This document shows, piece after piece, positions 24,821 to 38,810 of a DNA stretch of 64,000 nucleotides. The stretch's first letter is position 1. Each line of letters starts with the position of its first letter. This DNA comes from Felis catus (Eukaryota): assembly GCF_018350175.1 (NCBI RefSeq), contig NC_058368.1:43464001-43528000 (forward strand), written 5' to 3'. The notes below the pieces were generated by a model. The model had not been told where the DNA came from and did no database searches. It saw nothing but the letters and a program-made list of their open reading frames with translations. Made by a program: the position numbers and the translations under genes.

Positions 24821-27800
24821 TATCTAAATGTTTTTATCTTACACTCTTCTATTGAGTCATTTTTAAATATTCACTTGAATATGTTTACATTAATTCATAT
24901 AATATACTAATGTATTTTAATTATTATAAAATATACAAATATACTCTAAAACATAGATTAAAATGATACAATAATAAATACATGTTAGCAGAACTCAAAT
25001 ATTTTCTTACTGTACTGCACTGTACCGACATGCTCATTTGCCACATATGAAGACCACTTGCCTCAGTGTCTGATTTTTCCTCATTTCTAAGTCCAGTCAG
25101 TAATGGTTACTCCCCAGTTTTATAGGTTTTTAAAAAATGTATATTAATATGTCTAATTAACAATATATATGTACTTTTTGTGTTAGGTTAAACACAGGGA
25201 GTTAGTAAGATGATTATATTTCTTTCAGGTGACTTGGCATTGCTATACCTGAATCTTGGTGTTCATTATGTTTTGATCTCAAAAATTAATTCTAGTACTC
25301 CATTTCTCTCTTGCCAAGAAATTGTGACAAAATTACTATATAGTTTATACCCTATAAGTATATTTATCACTATTATAACATTCCCTAAGTATTTTTATAA
25401 TCCAAATTATCAGTTTATGCATGTGTCAAAATGCTCAGTTAAATTTGTAAATATCCTGAAAGGTTGGAGTCCTTCATGACAAAGGAAGTTCTTTAGCAGC
25501 TACACACAAACTATCAGTGATACAGAATATACTTTTTAACACTGATTAATCCATAGGATTCCAAAGCATAAGGAAGTACTTTATAGATTAAATTAATTGT
25601 CTTTCACACTTACAACAAGGTGTTGATAGAATAAGTGTTTTTTTGCTAGTCTAATTTTTAACATGTGGTATTTGCCGAAATGCAAATGTTTGCAACTAAG
25701 AACCCTGTGAAATATGTAAAACAATTCCAATCTTTTCCCAATTTGCAGGAGGAAAAAAATGGGCCAGTCTACTCCTCAAAGTGGCAGTATTTTTTATATG
25801 ATTAGTTTTTTCAATTTATTTCTTCACAGAAGGAAACAGCATTATGAGCAGATGTTTTATTAGAGCAGTATGTTTCAAGACATAATATATTTTATACTAT
25901 ATTCAGTATTCATTTCTATATTCTGGCTTCATTTTAAATTAAAAACAGTACTGAACAACTATCAAATTTCTTAGATTGTCTTGTTAGGAATTATTACATG
26001 ATGAATAGATTATTTGACTATGAACTAATTAACCTTTATCCTAACAATTATGACTTTAGAATATTACATTAGCAGGACAGGAAACAGACATTTATCTAAC
26101 TTTGATGGGAGGCAGGCATATATATATGTGCACGTATATACACAAACACACACACACACCTATACATATGTGTTAATCTGTCACTTGGGAATTTATTTAT
26201 AGTAGAACCAAAATAGATGGCAATGACAGATAAAATTCAGGATCCTTCATCAATGCAAACTTGACAATGAACGGAAACAAATTTAAATCATTGTGTATGT
26301 CAAGTTATAAATTTTCTCTAAGAAGATCAATTATCTTCCAGAAAGATAGATTATATGATGCTGTTTTAGAATTCAAAAAATTTATATTTTATGACGACTT
26401 CTGAAACACCAGTAATTTTGCTGAGCAAATATATGGCCTAATAACTGAAATTCCAGAGTGTAACTAAAGACTGGTAGAGTGTCTAGAATCTAGAAGTTTG
26501 ATTTAGACAATAAAAAAGAAAAAGTATAATTAAGATATAGTTGTCAAGGGAATTTACCTCCCATAGTCATAATGAGTTTTTAATATAAAAGTCACATACA
26601 TTTTTAGAATAAGTAAAGATGTGCAGTTGTTGCTGTTTGGGGAAAAATGTTTTTTTCTTTGAAATGAAATAGATTTACTAAGAAGTTCATATACCTTGAT
26701 CTTAAGGGCAACTTTTTGCATAAGTTTCTTCCGATAATGCTTTTATAAGGTCATATGTTTTTGTAAAGTTTTCAAAAGTAAGATTTTAATCACAATTGGT
26801 TAGAATTACTGTTTCTCATATTCTTTTTTCTTTCCATCACAGTTCCCCTCTGATGGGCAGTACTAAAGAAACTTTAGGCATTTTATGAATCTACATGAAA
26901 GGAAAATGAATTAGAGATCATTTGAGGGTGGGGACAATAGATTATATTTATGTGGTTCATAGAAACTTCCATGTATCTTTAATTCATTGTCTTTGTCTCT
27001 ACTGTAGAAGGGTTCTAGGTATATTTCTATCATTTACTGTGCTAACTCCTCCAGCAAAGTGAATGAATTTGCAGGGTGAGAAACACTATTATAAGAAGAG
27101 AATTTCTTATGATATAAATAGTGGAACATAAACAAGATTGAGCATATATAAAACCAGAAATCACTTTGTTGTGAAGTTATATATAATAGTGTGAAACATA
27201 ATTATGAGAATAAAGCAGATAATTACCAAAAATATTAATTTCTAACTATTTTATTTTGTTGATTTGCCAGTTTTGTAGAATTTTTAACTTTTGTGATCTA
27301 TTTTCTCATTGCAAATAAATACAAACTTGAAAATTAAGTTTTCCATTTTTTTTTCCAACGAGAGACCCCACGTTATATAACCCTGAAGACCCATAAAACC
27401 TGAATGCTCTCTTTGATGAGTACTGTGTTGTATTTTTCTCAATTGAAAGGAGTGTCTTCCATATAGGTGGTTCAAAATATGCGGGGGGGGGGGGGAATTT
27501 TAATTGTCCTACAATGCAGAGATAGTTTCACTTAGTGAAAGGTTGTCATGTCCTAAGGATAAACAATATATGATATACTCAATATTCTTTTCCCCAATAT
27601 AAATTATAAAATGTCTACTGTGTTATGTGTGTGTGCCCTACCTCTCCTTAAGCAAAACCTTGACATTTTATTATGGAAATCTAATATGAATTGTTTTATT
27701 TGTGTTTGAGTATTGCATCTCATGTATTATTAAAATGTAGTCTAGTATTTTTCAGTGCTTAAAATTATTTATGAAATGATCACTTATTGTGATTTTGTTG

Positions 27801-27821
27801 TAAATATAATTTTAGCTGGAG

Positions 27822-27928
27822 ATATGTATGTATATATACATACATATATGTGCATGTGTACTTGCATATGTATATATGCATATGTATATGTATATTTGTA
27901 TTTATATATACAGACATATTTACACATA
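27822..27928. repeat. Degenerate (TATG/TA)n low-complexity repeat
   Basis: Directly visible. Confidence 0.8.
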
Positions 27929-28219
27929 TTGGGAATGGAACCTAATGTATACTAACTTAATCCATGGGCCTAAATGTATTTTGGAGCAAGAATCTTGATA
28001 ACTCTTTTTGATCCTTTGTATTTCTTGTGAAGGCAGAGGTGATTTCCTTATCCATTCTATATTTCTACCTCACACATAAAACAGTCCAACTGGTGAGTTC
28101 ATAGTAGTGTGGGCTTTAACCATGGAGAATATATGTTGTTGACTGGCATCACCTTCAAAGAGCCTTTCAGTGTTAACAACAGAAGAGAATAATAATACTT
28201 CCTAGAAGAGAGGCACAAT

Positions 28220-28350
28220 AATTAACTTTATTTTACAAAAGAGAAAATCAAGGAAAAGTAAGCTTGATTAATTTACCCACAGGTACATAACAAGTTTGGA
28301 GTTTGGATTTGAATTCAAGAGTTAGATTCCAGGGCCTCTACACAAACCAG
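28220..28350 (-). mobile_element. MIR fragment
   Basis: ttattttacaaaagagaaaatcaagg...atttacccacaggtacata...ggatttgaattcaag. Confidence 0.55.
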
Positions 28351-28409
28351 CACTCTAGGAATTCTTGTTTCCACTCAAACCATACCATTGTTCTAATGTC
28401 CATCTTTTT

Positions 28410-28622
28410 TTTTAAGTTTATTTATTTATTTTGACAGAGAGAGAGAGAACACGAGAGCATGGGGTTGAGGTAGAGAGAGAAGGGGAGTGAGAGAATCCCA
28501 TGCAGGCTCTGTGCTGACAGCAGAGAGCCCTATGTAGGGCACAAACCCATGAACCACAAGACCATGACCCGAGCCAAAACCAAGAGTTGATCACCCAACC
28601 ATCTGAGCCACCCAGGCACCCC
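28410..28622 (-). mobile_element. Can-SINE
   Basis: TSD ctaatgtccatcttttt 28393-28409/28622-28638. Confidence 0.95.
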
Positions 28623-28699
28623 TAATGTCCATCTTTTTATCAATCACTGTTATTCTTCTTCACTACCACCCCTTAAATTTGAAAATCACTGCCACTGTG

Positions 28700-29155
28700 T
28701 CATTAACAGTGTGGCAGCCAAGTGAATGTTGCTCTCAGATCTTCAACTGTGGGGACCATAATTAATCAGACATTCTTGTTACTGCTTTCTGAAATACATA
28801 ACCTAATGTGCTGAGACCATATTTGTCACAGTGGTTCCTAACCAGTGACTTGAGCTTAGCAGGGATACCAGGACAAGCTCATTATTGGGAAAGTTGGACA
28901 AATTCTTCCAGTGGATAACTTTGCCTCAGGGATTCCCATTTGGCCTGTCACAATTGTTAAGAACCACACTCCAGTCTAAGACACTTTCATCCTACATTCT
29001 CTCTTTCATTCTTTTCTTCAAAGGGTCAGAGTTGCATCATGGTGTGACAGCTTTCCCACTTACCTTGAGCTCTCTTTCCATTTTCCCTACAGATATATTT
29101 CTTAATTAATTGGCTGGATATGTAATTCCGTATTAGTCTCTACTTCTTGAAGGAC
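28700..29155 (+). mobile_element. ERVL LTR relic (LTR16-like)
   Basis: actttgcctcagggattcccatttggcctg...cacactccagtctaagac...tagtctctacttcttgaaggac. Confidence 0.45.
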
Positions 29156-29221
29156 AATAAATAGTATGCATTCTTACCAGTTATCCAATAACCACAAAGT
29201 GCAGTTTGTTTTCATTGTGTT

Positions 29222-30003
29222 TTAGTATTTCTATTTTATTTTATTTTGTCTTTTATTATTTTTTATTTGAGTATAGTTGACACCAGTATTACATTGGTTT
29301 TAGGTGTACAACTTAGTGATTTGACATGTTTTTGCATTATTCTATGTTCACCACATGTATATAGCTACAATCTATCCTATTACGTTGCTATTACAGTATC
29401 ATTGACTATATTCCTTATGCTCAGCTTTTTATTCCGATAACTGGAGGCTTGTATCTCCCTCTGGCCTTCACTCATTTTCCCCAACTCCCATCCCCTCCTT
29501 CCCTCTGACAACCATGTTTGTTCTGTATATAGTTATGACTCTGCTTTTTGTTTATTTATTTTTTAGATTCCATTTATGAGTGGAATTATATGGTATTTGT
29601 CTCTTAGTCTGATTTGTTTCACTTAGCATACCTAATACCCTTTAAGTTCATCCATGTTGTCTCAAATGGCACAACGTTATATATATATTTATATGTATAT
29701 ATATACATCTCAGATTTTTTTTTTATCAATTTGTCTATTGATGGATACTTAGGTTGCTTCAATATCTTGGCTATTGTAAATAATAGCTGCAATATACATA
29801 AGGGTGCATATATCTTTTTCAAGTTTGTGTTTTCATTTTCCCTGGGTAAATACCCAATAGTAGAATTATTGGATCATATAGTATTTCTATTTTTTTAAAT
29901 TTTTGAGGCACTTCCATACTGTTTTCCACAGTGGCTGTGGATTTATATGCCCACCAACAGTGAAAGAGGGTTTTTTCTCTCCACATCCTCCCTAACACTT
30001 GTT
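29222..30003 (-). mobile_element. Older 5'-truncated carnivore L1 3' end
   Basis: T-rich tail, antisense L1 3'UTR (atttcacttagcat..., ttggctattgtaaataat); probable TSD aca(a/g)agtgcagtt 29194-29206/30004-30016. Confidence 0.88.
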
Positions 30004-33000
30004 ACAGAGTGCAGTTCTTCATTCTTTAGTTTCAGTAGGCAGCATCCTGTCCCAGTTCAAAGGTTGCCTGTGTGTTTATCAATCACTAAAATCATTGTTC
30101 CTTGTCCATTAATACTTTTAGCTAAAGAGCTACGTCAGAGACATTCAGAGACCTGAAATCTGATTTCTAGAAAATAAGTGGTATTCTAGTGTAGTTTATA
30201 TTTCTCATCTTTTTAAATCATTATTCTTGGAAACAGTTTAGCCAAAGACTTAATTAAAGTTTGTGGTTGAATAAATAGATCAGATTTTATTTTAAAAATC
30301 ATGTTTCAGCTATCATTTACTAATATACTAGGTATAGTATAAGTATTGACTGTTTTTACCTGGATACTATGCTATGTTTATGTTATATATAAGCACATTA
30401 AATCAGAATAATAGTAAATCAAATAACATTTGAAAAGGATTGTGTAAGTCATCAGAATAAAAAGATGAATGGATGAAAAATGAATTAAAAGTGTTTCCGG
30501 TGTTCACAGAACTCCCAAAGTAGTGAATCACACAAGTGTGTATGTAATTAATAACAGCATAAGTTGGTTAGGATAGTGGTGATGTACAAAAAAAGAAGTG
30601 AGGTAGAAGTAAGAAAAGTTTAAAGTAACTGTGAATACGAATATAATATTGTTCCTAAGAAGCTGTAAGTATGCTGGAAGATTACTTTTCTAATTTTCTG
30701 TGGAAACATTCTTTTAATGGCATGATAATTTTAAAAGTTAGATCTGGTTAGGTTGGAGGAAAGGCTTTAGAAGGCATACCTGTTCAATATCATGATATAT
30801 TTATTTCCTCAATTAAAGGCCTTAATTAAGAAGCTATGACAAATAGGTGAATGGTCAGGGAATTAATCCTGAAGTGAATATTTATGACCGAAAAGTCTCC
30901 CAAGCGAATTGTCTGCTGATTTGCTAATGTTCATTCTTCCTCAAGAGGACAGGATAATTTAGAAAATATTGTTATACTCTTTTATCCTAATTATTCCCTT
31001 GGAACACAAAAAGGTAGGCTATTTTTATGGAGTTGGGAGTGAGGAGATCATTGTATACAGTATTTATGTTTATTACCAGTAATTTTCCTTCTCACAAATC
31101 TTTTTGTAAATGAGAGGAGTATGGAAGAAGGACCAGCATATGATGGCCAAAAACCTGTATATAATTCCATATCCCTCCCTCCAGATACCCTATTTCCCTC
31201 CACTCCCATACCACCTGCAAAACACATTTATCTCAACTGTATCTCCTCATGTAAAATGGAAGATTTGGGCCCAGTATATCTGTTGGTATTAATTTTCTTA
31301 CATAACAATTTTTATGGTAGTGAATGAATCCACAACTATGAATGTTGGTATTTATTCTTCTAAGGGTGATAGGGACAATTTTCCAAATATTATTTTACTC
31401 ATTCCTAACTCAAATTTTCCCCTTTTATGTATATGAATTTTTGAAACTTTGACTATAGCTAGCAGAGAAAATTTGAAAATGTAGACTATTTTCATCTCCT
31501 ATCAAATTTATGCCGTTAAGGTCTTGAACCAACAGCCATATTTATAGAAATCCAATTTAACACCAGTGTCTCTGAATTTGTGATATGTTAGGCCATTCAA
31601 TCAGTTCCTCTCTTGTTTATCCACAGCTCTTTTCTCTTAACATTGTGATTTATTCTGTCTTCTGTAAGTTTGTACTTTGCATTTTCCATTCTTGTATACT
31701 GCAGAATTAAAATTAATCATATGAGAGATAAAAAGAGAGTCAGAAAGTCCCTTTTCCTTATTCTTTTCAATATGAGCTTCCAAAATGTCCAATTCCTAAA
31801 ATCCACTACAGAAGCTTTCCTTTATTTTCTAACAAGATTTTCAAATAGTGAATTCCATAGGCATTACTACAGACACATAAAGTAGGTTTAAAGAAAATCT
31901 ACTGGGGAAATAAAATACTATGTCCTTAGGAGAAAAATGCTTCTATAAAATGGGACCACTGAGCATGTTTTTTGGTAATGTCTAAGCTAATGAGTATGTT
32001 GCACATCGATCCTTCCCCTCACTCTGGATGTATATTGTTACTGGAGAACCTAGCACCACTAAGGAAGGTACATGGAATTCACTTTGATAAACACAAACCT
32101 GACAGCATTACCTACTGTTCTCTTCCCTTTGCTCAGGTTGGAGAGTGAAGGAGAGGCATTTACCCCTTTGAACAACGAGTAGAACTATGATCTATGATTT
32201 TTGTAGTAATTTCAGGCTATAGTATAAGCTTCTTAATAATCATTATAAAATTTTTCAGAAATGTAAATTGGTATCTTTCTGTTTCTTTTTGCTGGCCATG
32301 TGAAACTTCCTGTTTAAACTACATGGATGGTATATGCATTTGCATTTGCATCGTTTCATTTTCTTAGTATAACAGTGATCCATATACATTTCATATTGTT
32401 GTAGTCCCTTTTTCCTTCTCTATTTTTCTATTTCATATTTTCCTACAATTTCTGCAGCCCATCCTCTTACTTTTTCTTCCATCCTTTTTCTTCCTTCCTG
32501 TCTTTGTTGTTATATTTTTACTCATTCTGTTTTTTTCTATAATTCTTCATTCCCCTCCACATCTTTCATTCCTTTTTTCTTCTGACTTCCCCATTTTTTT
32601 CTCTCTCTCCACGTCTTACATATTTCTAGTGGCAACACGATTTCTCTTTTATCAAAGTGTAAGTACCACATTAAAACTCTATTACTGGTAATAGAGTTAA
32701 TGTGAAAATACAGATTACCTATAATTTATGACAAAGTAATTCTATGTCTTAGTCACTATAATGAGTTGCCAATTTAATTTAAACGTATTAGATATTCACC
32801 AAATGGATACCGAGCTCTTTTTATGCATTTAGTGCAGAACCAATCATTAGTGAATATCTAAAAAGTCATATTGCAAGACTTTTAGCATAATAAGGTTATT
32901 TTGGGTTCTAAACTACAAGAAAAAAAAAGATTAATAACAATAAACTCTTTATACTACATATGGTATCCCCTTTCCTTTTTTTTTTAAGTCTTAGAAATGG

Positions 33001-33129
33001 ATTCATTTGTTTATCTATTTCAACTATTTCGATAGAGTAATGTTAAGATTCCTATAAAGAGATGGTAATGAAGTAAGTTTAATAGGCAGTTCCTGTATTA
33101 CCTGTGTAACTCTCACATATGCCCTTGGG

Positions 33130-34190
33130 GTATTCAGTCATTTGTTCAACACTTAGCACTTGCTAAATGACAAAACCCTATAAGACACCAGGAATGTAGT
33201 GATTAATAAGCCATCATCATTTTCTGGAAGGGTTTATAATCTAGCTGAGGAAGATGGACAAGGGAACAGATAATCATAACACAGCACGATGCAGTAATGA
33301 GAAGCCACAGAGTGATCTGAGCACATAAGAGGTTCTTCAAACCCAGAATGTTAGGAGTTCACGGAAAACTTCCAAGAGACTTGATGTTTCTATTGATTTT
33401 TTAAGGGTGAAATGTTGTTAATGAAGTGAGACAAAATGAAATGGAGATGTAAGTGGGTTAGTGAGGAGCACTCCGGGGAAGGATAGCCTTTCAAAAGCTT
33501 AGAGGCAAGAGAAATTCCAGAAAATGCTTATAATAAAAATAGTTCAGTAAATTGGATACATAAGTTATGAAGTATGTGAGTAGGGTAGGGAGAAAAATAG
33601 CGGTAAGATAGAAATGCATAAAAGTAACCAGGAACTAGATGATGAAGGGCCTTGTGTGCATTAAAAGGAGTTTTGGATTTCACCCTGAAAACCATCAAAG
33701 CCATTGTGGAATCCTGGGCAAAGTAATTCTCTGATCAAATTTGATGTTTTAAAACAACAAAATGTGGAAAATGGATTGGAGAGGCAACATTTGAAGCACA
33801 GAGGCCATTTAGGGGGTGTGGTAAGCTGTTGAATGGTATTGTTGATAGGTTCAGGTATTGAATGGTTCACATGGTGCAGGACCCAATCAACAATAATGAT
33901 TCACTAAGGTAGTGGCAATGGGTAGATTTAAGACAGATTTTGAAGGAGATAGCAGAGTAGGGATTTGGCTTTTGGTTGGATATGGAGTTACAGAAAGTAA
34001 GAGTCAAGAATAAAAGCAGCTGTCTGCTTTAGGAAACTGGGTGTATCACTGTGCCCAACATGTGGTGGGACAAATTGGTATTGCCTTCGTAGGTGGAGTT
34101 GGTGCTATGTGAGGAGTTCTTTTAGGTTCTGTTGATTTTATGGAACTCTGGACTCTTAGAAGTGGAGACATCTAGCAGACAATGAGATAG
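33130..34190 (-). mobile_element. LINE-2 3' relic
   Basis: tattcagtcatttgttcaac...gatgaagggccttgtgtgcattaaaaggagttttggattt...agaagtggagacatctagcagaca. Confidence 0.7.
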
Positions 34191-35107
34191 TTGTGACAGG
34201 GTATTTCACTGTTTTTATGTTTTCACTTCCTATTTTCTTCCTAATACCCCCACTCCCTTCCCAGGGCAGTTTCCTTCAGGAGAGATTTCTAAATCAAAGC
34301 TAACCATGTGAAAAGATTTATACAAAGGATGAGGCTGGGCCTACTGGAAGCAGCTATATGGAGAGAGGAACCTTCAAGATAGAACAAGAGTCACTATTCT
34401 GCTCATCTCAGATCTTGGTGCAAGTCTGTCTTCTGGTGTTACTCTGGGAGCTGACAGGACATCAGATAGAAATTTTATTATATGTATTTCTCAAATTCAG
34501 CAAAATGTGCTTTGTTCAAGAGTAGCAGGTAAACTATTTAACCTCCTGTTTCAAAGCACTATTTAAGTTTGGGAAATACAGGTATCAGTGACTGAAGGGT
34601 AGTAGTCTTCCTCTGTTTCTGAATAAGTATCCTGTATTCTTATGAGTTCCCAGAAAGATGCTCCCCATACTCCAAACTTTACTTGATCATAAAACCGATA
34701 ATGAATATTCTAAGATTCAGATGAGACAGACCTTGAATCTGACTTATTTTTTTAGACATTGAAGTACTATGATCTTTGTCACATTCCCAAACATAGAGTA
34801 AGATTTACACCTGGTACATATTGATGTGAATGTCATAAAAAGACTTTTGCTAAAACATAATGCATATAGTTGGAGTAAAATTAGGGTAATGAGTGACTGA
34901 ATTTTAAGATCCCGGATAAACAGCAGATTTTTGCTTTGCTTTTCAATTATTTTGTTTAACTTTTGCATAATAAAATTTCCCTAATTCAATGCCTACATGA
35001 AATGCTCATATCTTCCACATCTAGATGTATGACTTTCATTCCTCCCCACCCACTATGTCCTATGTGGGTTTCCTCCATCTGTACAACTCAGAGGTGGGCT
35101 CTCAAGG

Positions 35108-35558
35108 TGTATTAGTTTATTAGGGTTGCTGTAACAAAGCATTGTCATTGAGTAGCTTGAACAACAGACATTGTCTCCAATTTCTGGAGACTAGAATTCT
35201 GAGGTGTCAGAGTTGGTTTCATCTGAGGGCTGTAAGGGAGAATCTATTCTGCACATTTCTTTTAGTTTCTCGTGTTTTAGTACAACCTTTTGTGTTTCCT
35301 GGCCATAAATGCATCACCCTAGTCTCTGCTTTCATGTTCACATGTATCCTGCCTATGTGCCTGTTTGTCTCTGTCCAAATTCCCCCCTTTTTAAAGAATA
35401 CTATCCTTATTGGACTAAGGTCCACCCTATGACTTTATTTTATCTTGATTACCTGTATAAAACCCTATTTTAAAATAAGGTCACGTTCTGAGTTACCGGG
35501 GTTTAGGACTTTAACATACCTTTTTTTTGGGAGGGGGGAGTATAATTCAATCTGTAAC
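35108..35558 (-). mobile_element. MLT1B/C-like MaLR solo LTR
   Basis: tgtattagtttattagggttgctgtaacaaa...aaataaggtcacgttctgag...ataattcaatctgtaaca with TG...CA ends. Confidence 0.85.
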
Positions 35559-35859
35559 ACAAAAGTATCCTCAGAAGACAAGAAAACCCCTATAATGTTG
35601 AGTTCCTCTCCTTCTTCCAGAATATTTTCTTTTGATTTTTCCACCTCCAAAAAGGGGAAAGGAGAGAAACACCTTTGCCACTTGACCCTTGTGATAAATT
35701 GCTGCTTCTACCATGACTTTTTCTCTTCCACAAAAGTGGAAGATAGAAAATGGAGAACAATAATAAAAAGAAAATCATTATCACTTCTCTAATTTAACAC
35801 TACATTTACTAATCTTCTCCCCTTCCAACAGGGAGCTGGTAGTATTATCTCTCCATGAC

Positions 35860-36022
35860 TCTTAGAACTAGGTGGTCTGGATGGTTTTAATTTCATCTCT
35901 GCTTTCTACCAGTTATGTAACTTTAGTCAATCTGCTTAATATTTGTGCCTCAGTTTCCTTATCTATAAAATGACAGTAATACCAATATCTACCACGTAGT
36001 GTAACTCTGAGAAGTAAATGAA
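35860..36022 (+). mobile_element. MIR
   Basis: tgtgcctcagtttccttatctataaaatg core. Confidence 0.7.
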
Positions 36023-36030
36023 TCTATCTA

Positions 36031-36077
<47 letters not shown>
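36023..36077. repeat. (TCTA)n(TA)n microsatellite
   Basis: Directly visible. Confidence 0.95.
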
Positions 36078-36079
<2 letters not shown>

Positions 36080-37059
36080 AAAAGAACTAAGGATCATAAT
36101 ATAGCACAGAAGACTATCATCTAAATATTGTTCTAAAGAATGTTAAAGCCATTGCTAGAAACTTCTATTAGTGTAAGTGCTATGTGACTGGAGGACATAC
36201 TTTACTAAACTGTATTGGGTGATAAGACTCTTCAAAGAAGGAATGCTTATGTAACAAAATCTAAACTACCTTCTAGAGAAGATGAGTTGGGTTAAAAGAA
36301 GGACATTATTTTGCTGAGTGGGATATCCAAATTTCAGGAAAAAAGCTGAATCATAAGAATGAACTTAAAAAAGGCCAAAGCCACCATCAGCAACTTTTCC
36401 TCTCTGCCTTTTCTCACGAGTGCTCAATGTTTTCTTTAAAGAAATTTGGGACAAATTGTTAAAGAATATTTCTTTGAAGGATTGCTAACCTATTAACTTG
36501 CCTGCAACCCACATTTCTGAGCCTGCTAGAATTTCCTCTTAACTCTTCACTCCAAGTGTCAAAGTGATTCTTATTCCTGGTTTTTGGTATTTCTCACTAC
36601 AAGTGTTTAAAGTTCACTACAGGTTATGTAAACTGTTGAGTGTAGACCTGTGTAACCTTGTTCCTGTGACTAAAATGGTTTAAAAAATAAGTTGCAAAAT
36701 AGAATTCTGGAACACACCTCGTCTGTAAGTTAGGGATTTACTATACAATGTTATACAATCAATCCATGTCTGAAAAGATGAGCAGTCCACTTTATCAAAT
36801 TGATGAGGTATCTTAAAGCATTGAAGTAAGATCCTTACAACATTATACATTTTTTGTGTCACCCCTCATTCCTTTCCTTGTTTTCTTCTTCCTTCCTTCC
36901 TCCCTCCCTCCTTCCCTGTTGCTTTTTTTTCTTTCTTTTCCTCTCTTCTGTTCTCTCTGTCATTTTGCTTATTTAATCTATTTCCATTTAAATCTAAACT
37001 GATATCCTTAAAAAACTAACTTTGAAAACAACCTCTAAAAAAAACATGTTCTTCTTAGG

Positions 37060-37215
37060 AACTTGTCAGGTCCTAGTTCTCTCTGTGCCACTTACTAGCT
37101 GCATGACCTTGGGCAACTTAAATAATCTCTCAGGTTTCAATTTTTTCATCTGTAAAATGAAGTGGGTTGAATTGGGTGATCTTTAATGTCTTTTTTCTGC
37201 TTTAAAAAGTCTGAG
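37060..37215 (+). mobile_element. MIR (MIR3/MIRc-like)
   Basis: gccacttactagctgcatgaccttgggcaac...tcatctgtaaaatg. Confidence 0.8.
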
Positions 37216-37879
37216 TCTAAGTATGGTAACACTGATTTCTGAACTAGTGCCAATTAGCCATGTTATAATTCTATTTAAACCTTGGAAGATATTGGAAAAC
37301 TAGAGCCTTAAATATAGATGATACCAATTAAAATACACTTTTATAATTTTTATTATAGTATATTTTTAAAATAAAAATTGATTACTAAGTATCAGAAAAT
37401 TTAAAAAAAATATGAGAAAAAGTTATTCTGTAAAAAGTCATTCTAAACCTGTGAGCTTCACTGAAGTAAAATGTTTCTACCAAGGAAATTCCATCATTGT
37501 ATTTGATTATCATTCAATTTTAAGACCTTGATAGCTGGAGCCAGAATGTAAATTATTAATACTAAAATTAATAGAGATCTATTGTGGAGGGAGGACCAGA
37601 ATAAAATTATTTATATTTAGTTGTGCTGATGCTAGTGTACTTAGATCTTTTTTCTCTATAGATTATAGATTTTTAAAAATAATTTTCCTGTATCCAAGTT
37701 TAAATCTTACTGTATATGACACACTCATATTCAAGAGACATTAAACAGTGGCACAACTCTTACACAAATAGATGGGTTGTGGTGGGGAGGAACATTTAAA
37801 TACATATAACTATTACCCTCAATAAGTGTGTATTACATCCTATTAGCCTTAGTGAGGTATTATAATCTAACAGTTCTGA

Positions 37880-38350
37880 ACCATGTTCACATTAATATGC
37901 AAATGGAATTAGAAAAAAAATTAAATGAAAATGAAATTTGGAAGCTAATTGACATTTTTGTCACAAAAGCGCAGAGAAACACTATTTATGGTTTAATGGT
38001 AAAAGGCTAATGTGTCATCCTACAGAGGGGGCCACATCAATCTCAGCTACAGTTATTTCCCGAAGTACAGTGCAAAGTACTGTTTGTGTATGCAAGTTGC
38101 CAGCCTTCCTCACGTAGGTGGTCCCATCACTGTAAACCTGCACTAAATTGCTCCCATCCATTATACACAGTGGCTGCCTGGATGACTGCCTGGCACTGAC
38201 TTACACAGGCCATCTATTCCTGTCAGAAATATGATATGTCACTGACAAAAGCTTAATTACACTATTAATTAATAGGACAATTTTCAAAATGCCTTGAAAT
38301 GCAGCTTGACACTCATTAGTGCCATTTATGAATAATTTCTCCCAGGGAAT
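37880..38350. promoter_or_regulatory. Candidate conserved enhancer-like element
   Basis: Repeat-free island with octamer ATGCAAAT (37897-37904), CTAATTGACA, TTTATGG, and several TGACA/TGTCA and TAAT motifs. Confidence 0.35.
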
Positions 38351-38607
38351 AGTACTCTGAAGAGCACTTTAAAACAAAATACAGTTTTAAAATGAAGGTA
38401 TCTATAAAACAAAATAAATATGTGGTTAGAAGCTGCTTCCCCCATCTCTCAGATACGATGTATTTGTTCAACAGTGGGAAAAGATATTTTTTAAATATTG
38501 TAATTATTATTACAGTTTTGCCAGAGAATGCCCCATTACCTATATTTTTGTGCTCACTTTAGAAATTCACGCACTTGTTTTTACTATTTTAGAATATTAA
38601 TTACTTT

Positions 38608-38810
38608 TTACTTTTTTTTCCATTTTATTTATTTTGAGAAAGAGAGAGAGCAGGGGAGGGGCAGAAAGAGGTAGAGACAGAATCCCAGCCAGGCTCTAAT
38701 GCTTTTAGCAGAAAGCCCAACACAGGGCTCAAACTCATAAACTGTGAGATCATGATCTGAGCTGAGACTAAGAGTCAGATGCTCAACCTACTGAGCCATC
38801 TAGGCACCCC
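38608..38810 (-). mobile_element. Can-SINE
   Basis: gagatcatgatctgagctgag...ctgagccatctaggcacccc. Confidence 0.92.
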
